IMG/VR virus record: IMGVR_UViG_3300045988_177331
DNA from: a virus
Length of the DNA stretch: 64,000 nt
Strand: one strand, 5' to 3'
Both the position numbers and the translations under genes were made by a program. Below the pieces are notes generated by a model. The model made no database searches, was not told the DNA's origin, and saw only the letters and a program-made list of their open reading frames with translations. Below, piece by piece: positions 43,541 through 53,475 of this stretch (position 1 is the first letter of the stretch; the number at the start of each line of letters is the position of its first letter).

Positions 43541-45883
43541 ATGGGAGATAGTGAAAATATTTTATTAAATGGTACCGGTACCCCATATATATCCATATTT
43601 GATAGTAAGGGTAATCCAATTATAGACCCAGTTAGTGGTTTACCAATAGGGGACCTTGTTACATCATTTACCTATGTATACGATGAAGAACGAGAAGATA
43701 ATGGTAATATTCATATTATATGTAATAACCCAGATTTAATATCATTATCAGCTCTTGGTTATCAAATGGGGTTAAGATTACAATGGGGCTGGGTATTATC
43801 AGAATCTTCCATTTTTTGTGGGCCAGTAAGAAAAGTCATCATAATAGGAGTAAAAGTTGAATTTACTAGTAATGGTGTAGAGATAGATTTAGATATAGCT
43901 GATTCTTCTATAATGTTAAAAAATACACCTTCAAATTATTATAAGAATAATTCTGAAGCCTATTTATTTTCTGAATATGTTAAATGTTTAGTATCTGGTT
44001 TACCAAATGACCAAAGTTTTACCATAAATGATTATAAAAGTCAGGATGTTATAGAAGTCAAAAAATTTTATAAAGTAGTAGACCCAAGTCAAGTAGCAGA
44101 TTATGAAACTGTATCTAAATCTGGCGTAGTTGGTAGAAATTATGTATTAGGTAATGGTAGAAAAGGAATTAATTCAGATTACCCCATTTATAAGTTTTTA
44201 GAGCAAAAAGAATCTGTTAATTATCAAGATTATATACCAGTAGTTTTATTTGAGATAAATCCCAATATAAGTGAAGAGGAACGAAAGAAGTTATATAATA
44301 GAATGGACGAAATGATTAAATTATTCCCAAATAAATACGGGTATATAAATATACAACAGAAATATAACTTTTCTCGTATACTTAAAGGTACAAGTAAAAA
44401 TATATGGTCCCAATTTCACGATTTGATAAATAATATACCAAATGGGCCATATTATATGGATGGTAGAGATGGTAAATTGGAGATTCATAATAGAAAGTAC
44501 AATAGACCAATATCTAAAATATATACATATTATGGTGGTAATGGGGAATTATTACATTTTTCAGTAGAATCTAAGTTTATAAAGAAAACAGTATCTGTAA
44601 CTAAAGGTTCAGAAGTATCACCAGAAGATAAAACCATTAAAACTAAATCTGAACAGGCTGTAAATACCCCAGAATCAGTTTTATATTTAAAAAAGGAGTA
44701 TGAAGATAGTTTGGTTCCTATGCAAACTTATTCTACCATTGGTATGGGGTATTATTTTAATGCCTATGATACTTATACTGGTTCTCTTATTCAAAATAAT
44801 AATTCAGCTAAGGATGTAGTTCAAGAGCCTAATGGTAAATTAAGGGGTGATTATATTAACCCATATAAGAATATACCCCATTATAATAGTGTGGATGAGG
44901 GTACTAGTAAATCAAGGGATACTGTAGTATTCACTCAAAAAGAACTTCAGGATTTTGTAACAGAACTTAAAGCAAACTTTAAAACCAAGTTAGAACATAA
45001 AAATGGACTTAATGAAAATGCTTCTGAAAAATCAATATCTGATATATTACATGGGGTTGTAGATAAAATGCCATATTTACAAGTTAAAAGGCAATTTTTA
45101 GTTAGGTCAGATAATTATAGAGCTCCAGATATAAATAGTGGTGGTGGAGGTATAGATTATGTAAGAGAATGGGAATATTCAGGAAAAAATAGGGATTTGA
45201 TATTATCAAATGATGAACCTTATGGGTTAAAATTAATCCAGATGGGTATCCCACAATTTGAAGAAAATAATAAACAAGTATTGTATGATTTGTATGAAAT
45301 AACTTTTCAAGTAGATGGTTTAAAAGCTATTAATCAAGGTGCACTTGATAGTGGTGTAGCAATGGGTAATGATTTGGAAAATAGTACAACAAATCAAATA
45401 ACTGCCTCTGCTACTGTATTAGGTGACCCAACCATTGAATCATCTATGAATTTTATAATACAGAATGTATCCAGTTTATATTCCGGTAAATGGTACTCAA
45501 AAAAAGTAACTCATAATATAACCCAAGGAAGTGGATATACCTGTGATATAGAATTTGTTCAAGAAAATAAATTACTCAATAGGGTAGTAGTAAGCTCAGA
45601 GGTATCAACTCATAATTTTTTGAAAAATATTAAAAGTGATATTTCTAAATGGTCAAAGAATTGGACAGAAGACCAAGTTAGGAATATGAGTGTATCCGAG
45701 GGGCTAGAAGCTAGTGTAGAAAAAGTATCAGAAGATAACCCAGATAAAAATATTATTGGGGAAGTAAATCCAGATGGTAGTATATCAGTTACTGTGGATA
45801 CATCTGAAGCTAGTATACAATATGATTATCCAACAAAACAAATTGATAGTGAAAATGATTTTATGATAAATTCATTATTTTAA
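43541..45883 (+). CDS. putative baseplate hub protein (gpD / XkdQ position)
   Basis: 780 aa between the LysM protein and the gpV-like spike. Assignment by synteny only. Confidence 0.45.
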   Translation: MGDSENILLNGTGTPYISIFDSKGNPIIDPVSGLPIGDLVTSFTYVYDEEREDNGNIHIICNNPDLISLSALGYQMGLRLQWGWVLSESSIFCGPVRKVIIIGVKVEFTSNGVEIDLDIADSSIMLKNTPSNYYKNNSEAYLFSEYVKCLVSGLPNDQSFTINDYKSQDVIEVKKFYKVVDPSQVADYETVSKSGVVGRNYVLGNGRKGINSDYPIYKFLEQKESVNYQDYIPVVLFEINPNISEEERKKLYNRMDEMIKLFPNKYGYINIQQKYNFSRILKGTSKNIWSQFHDLINNIPNGPYYMDGRDGKLEIHNRKYNRPISKIYTYYGGNGELLHFSVESKFIKKTVSVTKGSEVSPEDKTIKTKSEQAVNTPESVLYLKKEYEDSLVPMQTYSTIGMGYYFNAYDTYTGSLIQNNNSAKDVVQEPNGKLRGDYINPYKNIPHYNSVDEGTSKSRDTVVFTQKELQDFVTELKANFKTKLEHKNGLNENASEKSISDILHGVVDKMPYLQVKRQFLVRSDNYRAPDINSGGGGIDYVREWEYSGKNRDLILSNDEPYGLKLIQMGIPQFEENNKQVLYDLYEITFQVDGLKAINQGALDSGVAMGNDLENSTTNQITASATVLGDPTIESSMNFIIQNVSSLYSGKWYSKKVTHNITQGSGYTCDIEFVQENKLLNRVVVSSEVSTHNFLKNIKSDISKWSKNWTEDQVRNMSVSEGLEASVEKVSEDNPDKNIIGEVNPDGSISVTVDTSEASIQYDYPTKQIDSENDFMINSLF

Positions 45884-45892
45884 CTAATAAAT

Positions 45893-46534
45893 ATGTCGTC
45901 AAATTTAGTTGAAATTATACAAAGGTATGGAGTAGAGTATATTGGTAGATTTTACTCCGTATATCGTGGAGTTGTAACTAATAATAAAGATGATACTGGG
46001 ATGAATAGACTTAGCCTATATATCCCATCAATACAAAATGGTATAAATGTAATAGCTTTACCAAAATCTACTAGTTTTGGTAGTATAAATTATGGGATTA
46101 AATTAATAACCCCACGTATTGGAGAAGTTGTATATGTGGAATTTGAAAATGGGGACCCATTTAAACCATTGTGGTCTTATCATGGTTGGGCAACTGGAGA
46201 AACCCCAGATGATTTAAAAGATAATAATTCAATAGGATTGGTTACCCCAGAAGGTAACAAGATATTTATAAAAGATATTGATGGGGAGCTTTATATACAA
46301 ACTAACTCCAAAGTAAATATATCAATATTAGAAGGACCAAGTCTTAAAATGACCCAAAAAGGTTTTACATTTAATTTTGGTGATGATTTTAGTTTAAAGA
46401 AAACATTAACCCAAATATTAGATGCTATACTTCAATTAACAGTAACTACTGGAGTAGGTCCTTCTGGTACCCCAATAAATGCACAAACTTTTACTGATAT
46501 TAAGAATTCACTTGATAATTATTTAGAGGAATAG
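45893..46534 (+). CDS. baseplate spike/assembly protein V-like
   Basis: VYRGVVTNNKDDTGMNRLSLYIPS…ITPRIGEVVYVEFENGDPFKPLWSYHGW matches the gpV/VgrG OB-fold pattern (G.V…P.vGd.V.V.F..GD...P). Confidence 0.7.
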   Translation: MSSNLVEIIQRYGVEYIGRFYSVYRGVVTNNKDDTGMNRLSLYIPSIQNGINVIALPKSTSFGSINYGIKLITPRIGEVVYVEFENGDPFKPLWSYHGWATGETPDDLKDNNSIGLVTPEGNKIFIKDIDGELYIQTNSKVNISILEGPSLKMTQKGFTFNFGDDFSLKKTLTQILDAILQLTVTTGVGPSGTPINAQTFTDIKNSLDNYLEE

Positions 46535-46539
46535 AAATT

Positions 46540-46758
46540 ATGTTAGTAAAACAAACAATTAAATCAGAAATAAAATCTGCTTTTACAGAAGTAATGAATC
46601 AAGCAGATGATGATAGGGATGGAGCATTAGATAAAGTATCAGATAAATTGGCAGATGCCATTATTAATGCTATTAAAAGTGCTACCATTACATATACTAC
46701 TGGTCTAGTAACTTCAATGGGTCCAGTAACTGGTACATTTGGTAATACAATATCTTAA
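46540..46758 (+). CDS. hypothetical small baseplate-module protein
   Basis: 72 aa. Confidence 0.5.
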   Translation: MLVKQTIKSEIKSAFTEVMNQADDDRDGALDKVSDKLADAIINAIKSATITYTTGLVTSMGPVTGTFGNTIS

Positions 46759-46770
46759 TAATTTAATATT

Positions 46771-47241
46771 ATGAATCTAGAACAACTCAACTATATAGGA
46801 ACTGGTCCATATTTCCCAATAAAATTAATCACAGTGTTAGATGAAAATGGGAACCCAGAACAAGTTGTACAACCAGATGGTACAATTGTAAATAAAATCT
46901 CTTGGAGAAACCTAAAAGGAGATATTAATCTTATAAAACAGAACCTTACTTCTCTTTTCACATATCAATTAGGTCAAAGGATAAGGCAAGAATATTTTGG
47001 GTCTAGAGTGTGGGAGTGTATTGAAGAACCAAATACTCAAGCCTTATCCTTCATGATAAAAACCTTTGTGAAAAATTCCATAGTTTCCTGGGAACCAAGG
47101 ATAACAGCCTTAGATGTTCAATCAGAAAGAGTATATGATAAAATCCATATACAAATTAGGTTTGCAATCCAAAATCAAACCTCAATAAGTGAATTAAATT
47201 TTGAATATAATCCATCAAATAATACCATCAATGTCAACTAG
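46771..47241 (+). CDS. baseplate wedge protein, gp25/gpW-like
   Basis: IKQNLTSLFTYQLGQRIRQEYFGSRVWECIEEPN…VSWEPRITALDV matches the GPW_gp25 pattern (I.q.l..ll.T..GeR…fGs.l…WEPRi). Confidence 0.8.
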   Translation: MNLEQLNYIGTGPYFPIKLITVLDENGNPEQVVQPDGTIVNKISWRNLKGDINLIKQNLTSLFTYQLGQRIRQEYFGSRVWECIEEPNTQALSFMIKTFVKNSIVSWEPRITALDVQSERVYDKIHIQIRFAIQNQTSISELNFEYNPSNNTINVN

Positions 47242-48985
47242 TAATAATTGGTTAAATCCTTATCAAAGGTCTTTTAATGATATTAAAGCTAAATTAATAT
47301 CCGAATTAAGATTACAAATCCCAGAAATAACTGATTATAGTGAAGGGAATATATTTGTAATCATAATATCCATTTTTGCAGCTATTGCAGAAGTAATTCA
47401 TTATTATATTGATAATATGGCAAGAGAAGCATTTCTTCCAACTGCTAGAAGATATTCTTCTTTATATAAACATGCCAAACTAGTAGATTATCATATTAAA
47501 TCCGCAATTCCAGCTACAGTAGATGTTGTTCTATATAAGAATGATGATACTCCAATTGGTCAGGATATAACAATTCCATTAAATACTGAATTTACATCTT
47601 CAGATGGTAAAACCTGGATATCCACAAAAACTGTTATTTGGTATAAAGACTCCTATTATGTAACTGTACCATTAGTACAACAAAAATCAGTTGGGGTACC
47701 AGATAGAATCCAATTAGGAAATATATTATCACCAGATTCCATAATATATATAACCGATATACCCTCAGACCAAAAATATGTAGAAGGTTCAATGAATCTG
47801 TATATCAATGATGAACCCTGGATTTTGGTAGATACCTTTGCTTATTCTTCATCAAGGGATAAAGTATATAAGATAGAGGTAGATGAACAACTTAGACCAT
47901 ATATAAAATTTGGTGATGGTCAATTTGGTATGAAACCAGAATATAATGCAACCATAGAAGCTTCATATTCATTAACCTATGGTTCAGCTGGTAATATAGC
48001 TACCAATAATTTTACTACTGTACCACAAGATATTCAAGTTATAGACAATAAGATTACAATTAATAATGTAATCCCAGCTACTGGTGGTTCTGACTATGAA
48101 ACTTTTAATATGTTAAAGAATCATATCCCTTTGTCAATAAAAACCCTTGGAGTAGCAATTACTAAAGAAGATTTTGAAGCTATTGCCAAAATGGTTGGTG
48201 GGGTAGATAAAGCTTATGCAAATTATGTTTGCGGAAGATATGTAGAAATTTATATAACCCCAGATGGTGGAGGGGAAGCTTCTAGTGCATTATTAGATTC
48301 TGTTGAAAAAACAATATCCAAAAGTAAAGTAATTACTACTAGCATAGAAGTATTATCTACCCATAAATCCCAAGTATTTTTGGATATAACCATAACTGGG
48401 AAAAAATCCTTTAAATCTAATGATATTTCAAATCAAGTAAAGAAAGCTTTAACTACAGCTTATGATTACAATAATTCAGATATAAACAAACCAGTAAGAT
48501 TATCAGATATATATGCTTTAATTGATAATCAAAGTATGGTTGATTACCTTACCATAAATAAATTATATCAACTACCATATCCAATTCCCCAAAAAAATAC
48601 GAATTTACCATTAAATATTTCATATTTTGTTCAAAACATAAATCCAGTTACTACTGGTGAAGAATATATAGTTATAGTAAATACATTTTTTGCTAATAAA
48701 CATTATGATGTTTTAATACAAAAATACTATGGGGAAGGTTCAGATAATAGAATATTAGGTAAGGGTTCTTATGGGGAGGTGATAAATGTATTAGATTTAG
48801 AAACCCAAACAAAAATAATATTTCAAATCACTATAAATAAACCATCAGAAAATCTGGATTATGGTGAAAATGATAAATATGAATTAACATTATTACCTAT
48901 GAATCAGGATTTATATCCATTATCCTATCAAATTCCAATCATAGAAAATCAAAATATAACCTTATCAATAAATGAAGTCGTTTAA
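47231..48985 (+). CDS. baseplate J-like protein
   Basis: The track start TTG 47201 is replaced by ATG 47231 (MSTSNNW…). 584 aa following gp25-like. IFAAIAEVIHYYIDNMAREAFLPTA is typical of gpJ N-termini. Confidence 0.7.
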   Translation: MSTSNNWLNPYQRSFNDIKAKLISELRLQIPEITDYSEGNIFVIIISIFAAIAEVIHYYIDNMAREAFLPTARRYSSLYKHAKLVDYHIKSAIPATVDVVLYKNDDTPIGQDITIPLNTEFTSSDGKTWISTKTVIWYKDSYYVTVPLVQQKSVGVPDRIQLGNILSPDSIIYITDIPSDQKYVEGSMNLYINDEPWILVDTFAYSSSRDKVYKIEVDEQLRPYIKFGDGQFGMKPEYNATIEASYSLTYGSAGNIATNNFTTVPQDIQVIDNKITINNVIPATGGSDYETFNMLKNHIPLSIKTLGVAITKEDFEAIAKMVGGVDKAYANYVCGRYVEIYITPDGGGEASSALLDSVEKTISKSKVITTSIEVLSTHKSQVFLDITITGKKSFKSNDISNQVKKALTTAYDYNNSDINKPVRLSDIYALIDNQSMVDYLTINKLYQLPYPIPQKNTNLPLNISYFVQNINPVTTGEEYIVIVNTFFANKHYDVLIQKYYGEGSDNRILGKGSYGEVINVLDLETQTKIIFQITINKPSENLDYGENDKYELTLLPMNQDLYPLSYQIPIIENQNITLSINEVV

Positions 48986-49856
48986 GAGTTTTAAACAATG
49001 GGTATTTCCTAATTTATTTCCAGCTTATTATAAGGATTATGATACTTATAAAGATAAGAATGGGAAAGGTATTCTGGAAAGATTCATAGAAGTATGTTCA
49101 AATTATCTAGATACTGATATTATACCAGATATAGATAATTTTATGGATATATTAGATGTGGATGTTACCCCTGATATATTTCTGAATTATTTTTGGGAAT
49201 ATTTTGATTATATACCCTATGCTTATGGGGTATTAGTAAAAGGTGTACCTTTTACTAAAGAAAATGTAGCTAGTTGGTTAAATACTCCAGATGGATTTCC
49301 AAAAGCAGATACTAGAAGTATTTTAAAATATGCAGTATCTTTATATAAAATAAGGTGCACTCAGGATTTTTATACAATACTTGGTAGATTTTATGGAGTA
49401 AGATTTGAATTAGAAGAAATTCTATTCGAGGATGGATATAGTAATAAACCAAGTAATAATCCAGGTATTAACTATAGACTTATAGGCGCTGTATTCGAGG
49501 ATGGATATAGTAATAAACCAAGTAATAATCCAGGTATTAACTATAGACTTATAGGCGCTGTATTCGAGGACGTAGTAAGTACTTATAGTGGAGAAAATGA
49601 ATACTATGGTGATTGGAAAGGATTATATCCATACGGTGATTGTACATCATGTACTACTATAAAAGCCAATATCTATATTCCAAAAGGTATGTATGATGCT
49701 ATTCAGGATAATATAGATAATGTAAAAAATGCTTTTGTCAATTTACTCAATAAATACATACCAGTAAATGTAAAACCATTCACGAAAGATACCATAGAAT
49801 TAATTTCAGAAATACCTACAATTATACCAATAGAAATAGAACCTCAACAAAATTGA
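48972..49856 (+). CDS. tail protein I-like baseplate protein with an internal 23-aa duplication
   Basis: 294 aa after gpJ-like. VFEDGYSNKPSNNPGINYRLIGA occurs twice in tandem. Confidence 0.5.
   Translation: MKSFKSFKQWVFPNLFPAYYKDYDTYKDKNGKGILERFIEVCSNYLDTDIIPDIDNFMDILDVDVTPDIFLNYFWEYFDYIPYAYGVLVKGVPFTKENVASWLNTPDGFPKADTRSILKYAVSLYKIRCTQDFYTILGRFYGVRFELEEILFEDGYSNKPSNNPGINYRLIGAVFEDGYSNKPSNNPGINYRLIGAVFEDVVSTYSGENEYYGDWKGLYPYGDCTSCTTIKANIYIPKGMYDAIQDNIDNVKNAFVNLLNKYIPVNVKPFTKDTIELISEIPTIIPIEIEPQQN
49423..49571 (+). repeat. perfect in-frame 69-bp tandem duplication
   Basis: 49423-49491 equals 49492-49560. The first 10 nt recur at 49561-49570. Confidence 0.9.
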
Positions 49857-49863
49857 CCCAATT

Positions 49864-50496
49864 ATGTTATCCATCCTACTTCAAACTGAAAACCTTAACA
49901 ATTTAACTGAATCAGTTAATAAAGTTACTGATTCCTCTATTAGAATTGCCCAAGCTGCAAATGATTTTGGTGCATTAAGAGTAGCCTTTGGTGTATTTAT
50001 GATTTTTATAATCATAATTGTAATATTGTTTATATGGCAAATATTTGTATTATCTGGCAAATTAAATACCATATATGGAGCAGCTGTCAAAACTACTGAA
50101 TATTTTGAAACTTCTGCAGAAGGGGATATTGGTCCTTCACAAGCTCAAGTAATAGTGAGAAGAAATTTTAATAGTTTAAGTCAAGCAATTAAATATTACA
50201 TTCTTAGAATAAGGCTAGAAAACCATATAGACGATAAAAATAAAATAAAAGTAAAAATAGATAGGTTAGTTAGAAATGAATTTTCAGAACTAACCACATA
50301 TCTATCAAACTTTAAGTGTAATGAAAAGGTTTTAAGTTTTATAGTAGAAGATGATGATATTCAAATGGTTGAAGATTTTATTTTTGAACAGGTATATATA
50401 CCAAAAAATGATTTTACCATATCCAATATGGACCAATCAACCTCTATATTTATAAATGGTCTAAAGCTTTCATATATTAAGAAAATACCACAATGA
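49864..50496 (+). CDS. single-pass membrane protein upstream of the endolysin (holin candidate)
   Basis: 210 aa, one TM helix (VAFGVFMIFIIIIVILFIWQIFVL), ATGA overlap with the amidase gene. Confidence 0.3.
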   Translation: MLSILLQTENLNNLTESVNKVTDSSIRIAQAANDFGALRVAFGVFMIFIIIIVILFIWQIFVLSGKLNTIYGAAVKTTEYFETSAEGDIGPSQAQVIVRRNFNSLSQAIKYYILRIRLENHIDDKNKIKVKIDRLVRNEFSELTTYLSNFKCNEKVLSFIVEDDDIQMVEDFIFEQVYIPKNDFTISNMDQSTSIFINGLKLSYIKKIPQ

Positions 50497-51089
50497 GAAA
50501 ATTGATAGTTATATTAGACCCAGCACATGGGTCAGATGTAAAAGGTAAACGTTCACCAGATGGTACCCATTTAGAATATATATGGAGTAGAGAAATATGC
50601 AAAAAACTAAAAGATAGGCTTATCCTAAATGATTTTAGGGTTAAATATACAAATGAAACAGAAAATGAAATAGGCTTATCAAAGAGAAAAGAAATTGCAA
50701 ATAATATAAAATCAAGTCCTGGTGAATATAAATTTCTAGTAAGTTTGCATAATAATGCTGCTGGGGATGGTACCCAATGGTTAAATGCAAAAGGGTTTGA
50801 AATTTATACTTCAAAGGGGCAAACCATTTCTGATAAATTTGCAACCATTATTTTTAATAATTTAAAAAATGATTTTCCCGGTATAAATGCAAGAGCAGAT
50901 TATATTGATGGTGACCCAGACAAGGAAAGTAATTTCACAGTATTAATGGGAAACTATTATGCTGTTCTAATAGAATGGTTATTCCAGGATAATAAAGAAG
51001 AAGTAATACTTCTAAAAGATAAAACCATTAATTCCAGATTAGTGGATTCTTTAGTAAATTCACTGATTGAAATAGATGAACAATTATAA
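50493..51089 (+). CDS. N-acetylmuramoyl-L-alanine amidase (endolysin)
   Basis: VILDPAHGSDVKGKRSP…E…SLHNNA…E residues fit the zinc-amidase (Amidase_3-type) pattern. Confidence 0.7.
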   Translation: MRKLIVILDPAHGSDVKGKRSPDGTHLEYIWSREICKKLKDRLILNDFRVKYTNETENEIGLSKRKEIANNIKSSPGEYKFLVSLHNNAAGDGTQWLNAKGFEIYTSKGQTISDKFATIIFNNLKNDFPGINARADYIDGDPDKESNFTVLMGNYYAVLIEWLFQDNKEEVILLKDKTINSRLVDSLVNSLIEIDEQL

Positions 51090-51155
51090 CTCATTCTTTT
51101 GTTACCATAGTTGAGTTGATGGTGAGGGTAATTTGGGTGACCAAGTTGCCCTCTT

Positions 51156-51830
51156 TTAGCGTTTAGAAAAATGTTCCTTTGCTTCTTTAATTGTATTCTT
51201 AATATGGGTTCTCATATTGCTTATATAATCAGCTGCTCTTTGTGTTTTTGGTAATTCAAAGTATTCAATTAAATTCAAGGTTGATAATTTACCATGAGCT
51301 TCTTTCATTTTTTCTTTGAGAAACATTGGAGGGTCCAATTCTGTAACAAATATCAGATATTCATCAGGGGTTAATTTTTCTCTCATATATTCATGGAGCA
51401 TATTAGAGAAATTATTTTCTTCTGGTTCATTTTCAATAATATCCTTTTCTTGGTTATCATCTTTATCTTCTTTACTATTATCAAATAATTCCTCAAATGA
51501 AGTTAATTCTTGATTAAATTCTGCTTGTCTAGTATAAGCATTCCTAAGTAATTTGTTCTTAAAAATTTGTAAAGAAGTTATTAATGTAGCTTTTAATCTA
51601 TCTTCGGTATATTTATCCTGATATTTATTATATACATATAAGAATTTATCCCAAAAATAACTTTGAATTATATCTTGACTAACATTGAATCTTCTAGAAT
51701 CAATATTTTTAGATAGCTTTTTAATTAGTGGTTTACAGATTTTATACATTCTTTCAAATTCTTCCCTGTTATAATGGGTAAATTCTTTTATCCTATGAAT
51801 TTCTGAACCATTAGTACCTTGTTTACTCAT
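51156..51830 (-). CDS. putative sigma-factor-like transcription regulator
   Basis: 224 aa. EEFERMYKICKPLIKKLSKNI…VSQDIIQSYFWDKF resembles sigma region 2, and the C-terminus is HTH-like. Driven by an early-family -7 box. Weak assignment. Confidence 0.3.
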   Translation of the reverse strand: MSKQGTNGSEIHRIKEFTHYNREEFERMYKICKPLIKKLSKNIDSRRFNVSQDIIQSYFWDKFLYVYNKYQDKYTEDRLKATLITSLQIFKNKLLRNAYTRQAEFNQELTSFEELFDNSKEDKDDNQEKDIIENEPEENNFSNMLHEYMREKLTPDEYLIFVTELDPPMFLKEKMKEAHGKLSTLNLIEYFELPKTQRAADYISNMRTHIKNTIKEAKEHFSKR

Positions 51831-51858
51831 AACTTAATAGATTAATTATTTAACAATG

Positions 51859-51866
51859 CAAATATA
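51859..51866 (-). promoter_or_regulatory. early-family -7 box on the minus strand
   Basis: The + strand AACAATGCAAATATATA is the reverse complement of TATATATTTGCATTGTT, 29 nt upstream of the minus-strand ATG at 51830. Confidence 0.6.
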
Positions 51867-51945
51867 TATAATAATTTTATCACTTGTATGAAAATATATC
51901 AACTTTTTCACCCTATGTGTTGATTTTTATAAAATTGAAATATAA

Positions 51946-53475
51946 ATGAATCTAGAAAAGACTACTCATAGATACAACTTTCATATATGTAAAGACATGG
52001 CAACTAAATTTAAAAAGAAAATTAATCAGAGTGATAAATTCACTTTTACCATTGACTTCCAACTGGAAGTTTTAAGGTTCCTAATACAAAATAAGGAATC
52101 AGTTTTAATTATTCAAAAAATAAAACCAGGTTACTTTACTCTAATAGAACATTCAATAATAATGGAATCATTATTGAAGTTTCATAGAAAATATGGAAAG
52201 TTACCAAGTGAAACCTTGTTAAAAGAAACCTGTAACTCATTATTAAGTGGTAAGGACTTTGTTGATTTAGTTACTAAGGAAGATATCCCAAATATTAATA
52301 GGATAATAAATAACCTATATTCAATACCATTAAGGGATTCAGATGTTATAAAGGAGAACATATTTAAGTTCATAGCTTATATAGAAATGAAAACCCTAAA
52401 TGAATCCATGGATTTCACTAATTTTAATCTATATGAGGATTACCAAAATAAGGTATCAAAAATAATCAGAAATTCAAAACCACAGAAAAAAGATGAACCA
52501 TTATATATGGTTGGTGGAACAGTGAAAAGACAATTAATGAGAAGAGTTGACCCAGATATAATCCCCACTCCATACTGGCAATTAAATAACCTATCAAATG
52601 GTGGAGGATATTCTAAGGGTAGTATATTTGTAATATTAGATAAACCAAAAGCCAAGAAAACATTTGCATTAATAAATATATCAAGAGGATATCTTACCAT
52701 GAAAAAGAATGTATTATATATTGATACCGAGAATGGTAAGAATCAAATTATGGAGAGAATGGTTCAATCAACTCTTAATAAAACCAAAAAAGAAATTGTA
52801 TCTGGTGAACAAGATAAACTTGAACAGAGACATATGAGAAAATATAAAAGGTTAGGGGTTGAATTTATAGTAGAAAGGGTTCCTGCTCTAGTATCAGATG
52901 CAAATGTTATTAAAGGTATAATAAAGAAAATAGAAGCAGATACTGGGATAAAGATTCATATATTAATGATTGACTATGCAGCTAAATTAGCTTCTATATC
53001 AAAAGATAAAGATGATACTGAACGTATAAATAATGTTTATATAGATTTGGATAATCTGGCTTCAGAATTGGAATTAGAAGCAATTTGGACTGCACAACAT
53101 GTAAAAAGGGAAGCATCAAAAAGAAAAGGTACTAGATACGAGGATAATGATATTGCAAGTGCCATCTCTATAATAAGGAATGCCCAATGTATTATTGGTT
53201 TAAATTCCACTGATGATGAAGAAGAACATGGGATTCAAAGAATGGAGATTGTAGTACAAAGAGATGGTAAATCCCATGGTAGATGTTTATTTAATTTTGA
53301 TAGTGATAGGCAAAGATGGAAAGAGTTTTCAAGGGAAGCTAGGGAGAAATATGATAAAACCATTGGTAAAACTGTTGATGATATGATTAAGAAAGAATCT
53401 GGTAATGGTATAGTAAAAAAATCAAACCCAATAGCAGACCCAGAAAAAGCAAATCATAAAGGGGGGGATATCTAA
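51946..53475 (+). CDS. DnaB-like replicative helicase (RecA-fold) with atypical Walker A
   Basis: GSIFVILDKPKAKKTFALIN stands in place of G..PG.GKT. Walker B-like HILMIDYAAKL. Adjacent to the primase. Alternative start at ATG 51997. Confidence 0.55.
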   Translation: MNLEKTTHRYNFHICKDMATKFKKKINQSDKFTFTIDFQLEVLRFLIQNKESVLIIQKIKPGYFTLIEHSIIMESLLKFHRKYGKLPSETLLKETCNSLLSGKDFVDLVTKEDIPNINRIINNLYSIPLRDSDVIKENIFKFIAYIEMKTLNESMDFTNFNLYEDYQNKVSKIIRNSKPQKKDEPLYMVGGTVKRQLMRRVDPDIIPTPYWQLNNLSNGGGYSKGSIFVILDKPKAKKTFALINISRGYLTMKKNVLYIDTENGKNQIMERMVQSTLNKTKKEIVSGEQDKLEQRHMRKYKRLGVEFIVERVPALVSDANVIKGIIKKIEADTGIKIHILMIDYAAKLASISKDKDDTERINNVYIDLDNLASELELEAIWTAQHVKREASKRKGTRYEDNDIASAISIIRNAQCIIGLNSTDDEEEHGIQRMEIVVQRDGKSHGRCLFNFDSDRQRWKEFSREAREKYDKTIGKTVDDMIKKESGNGIVKKSNPIADPEKANHKGGDI

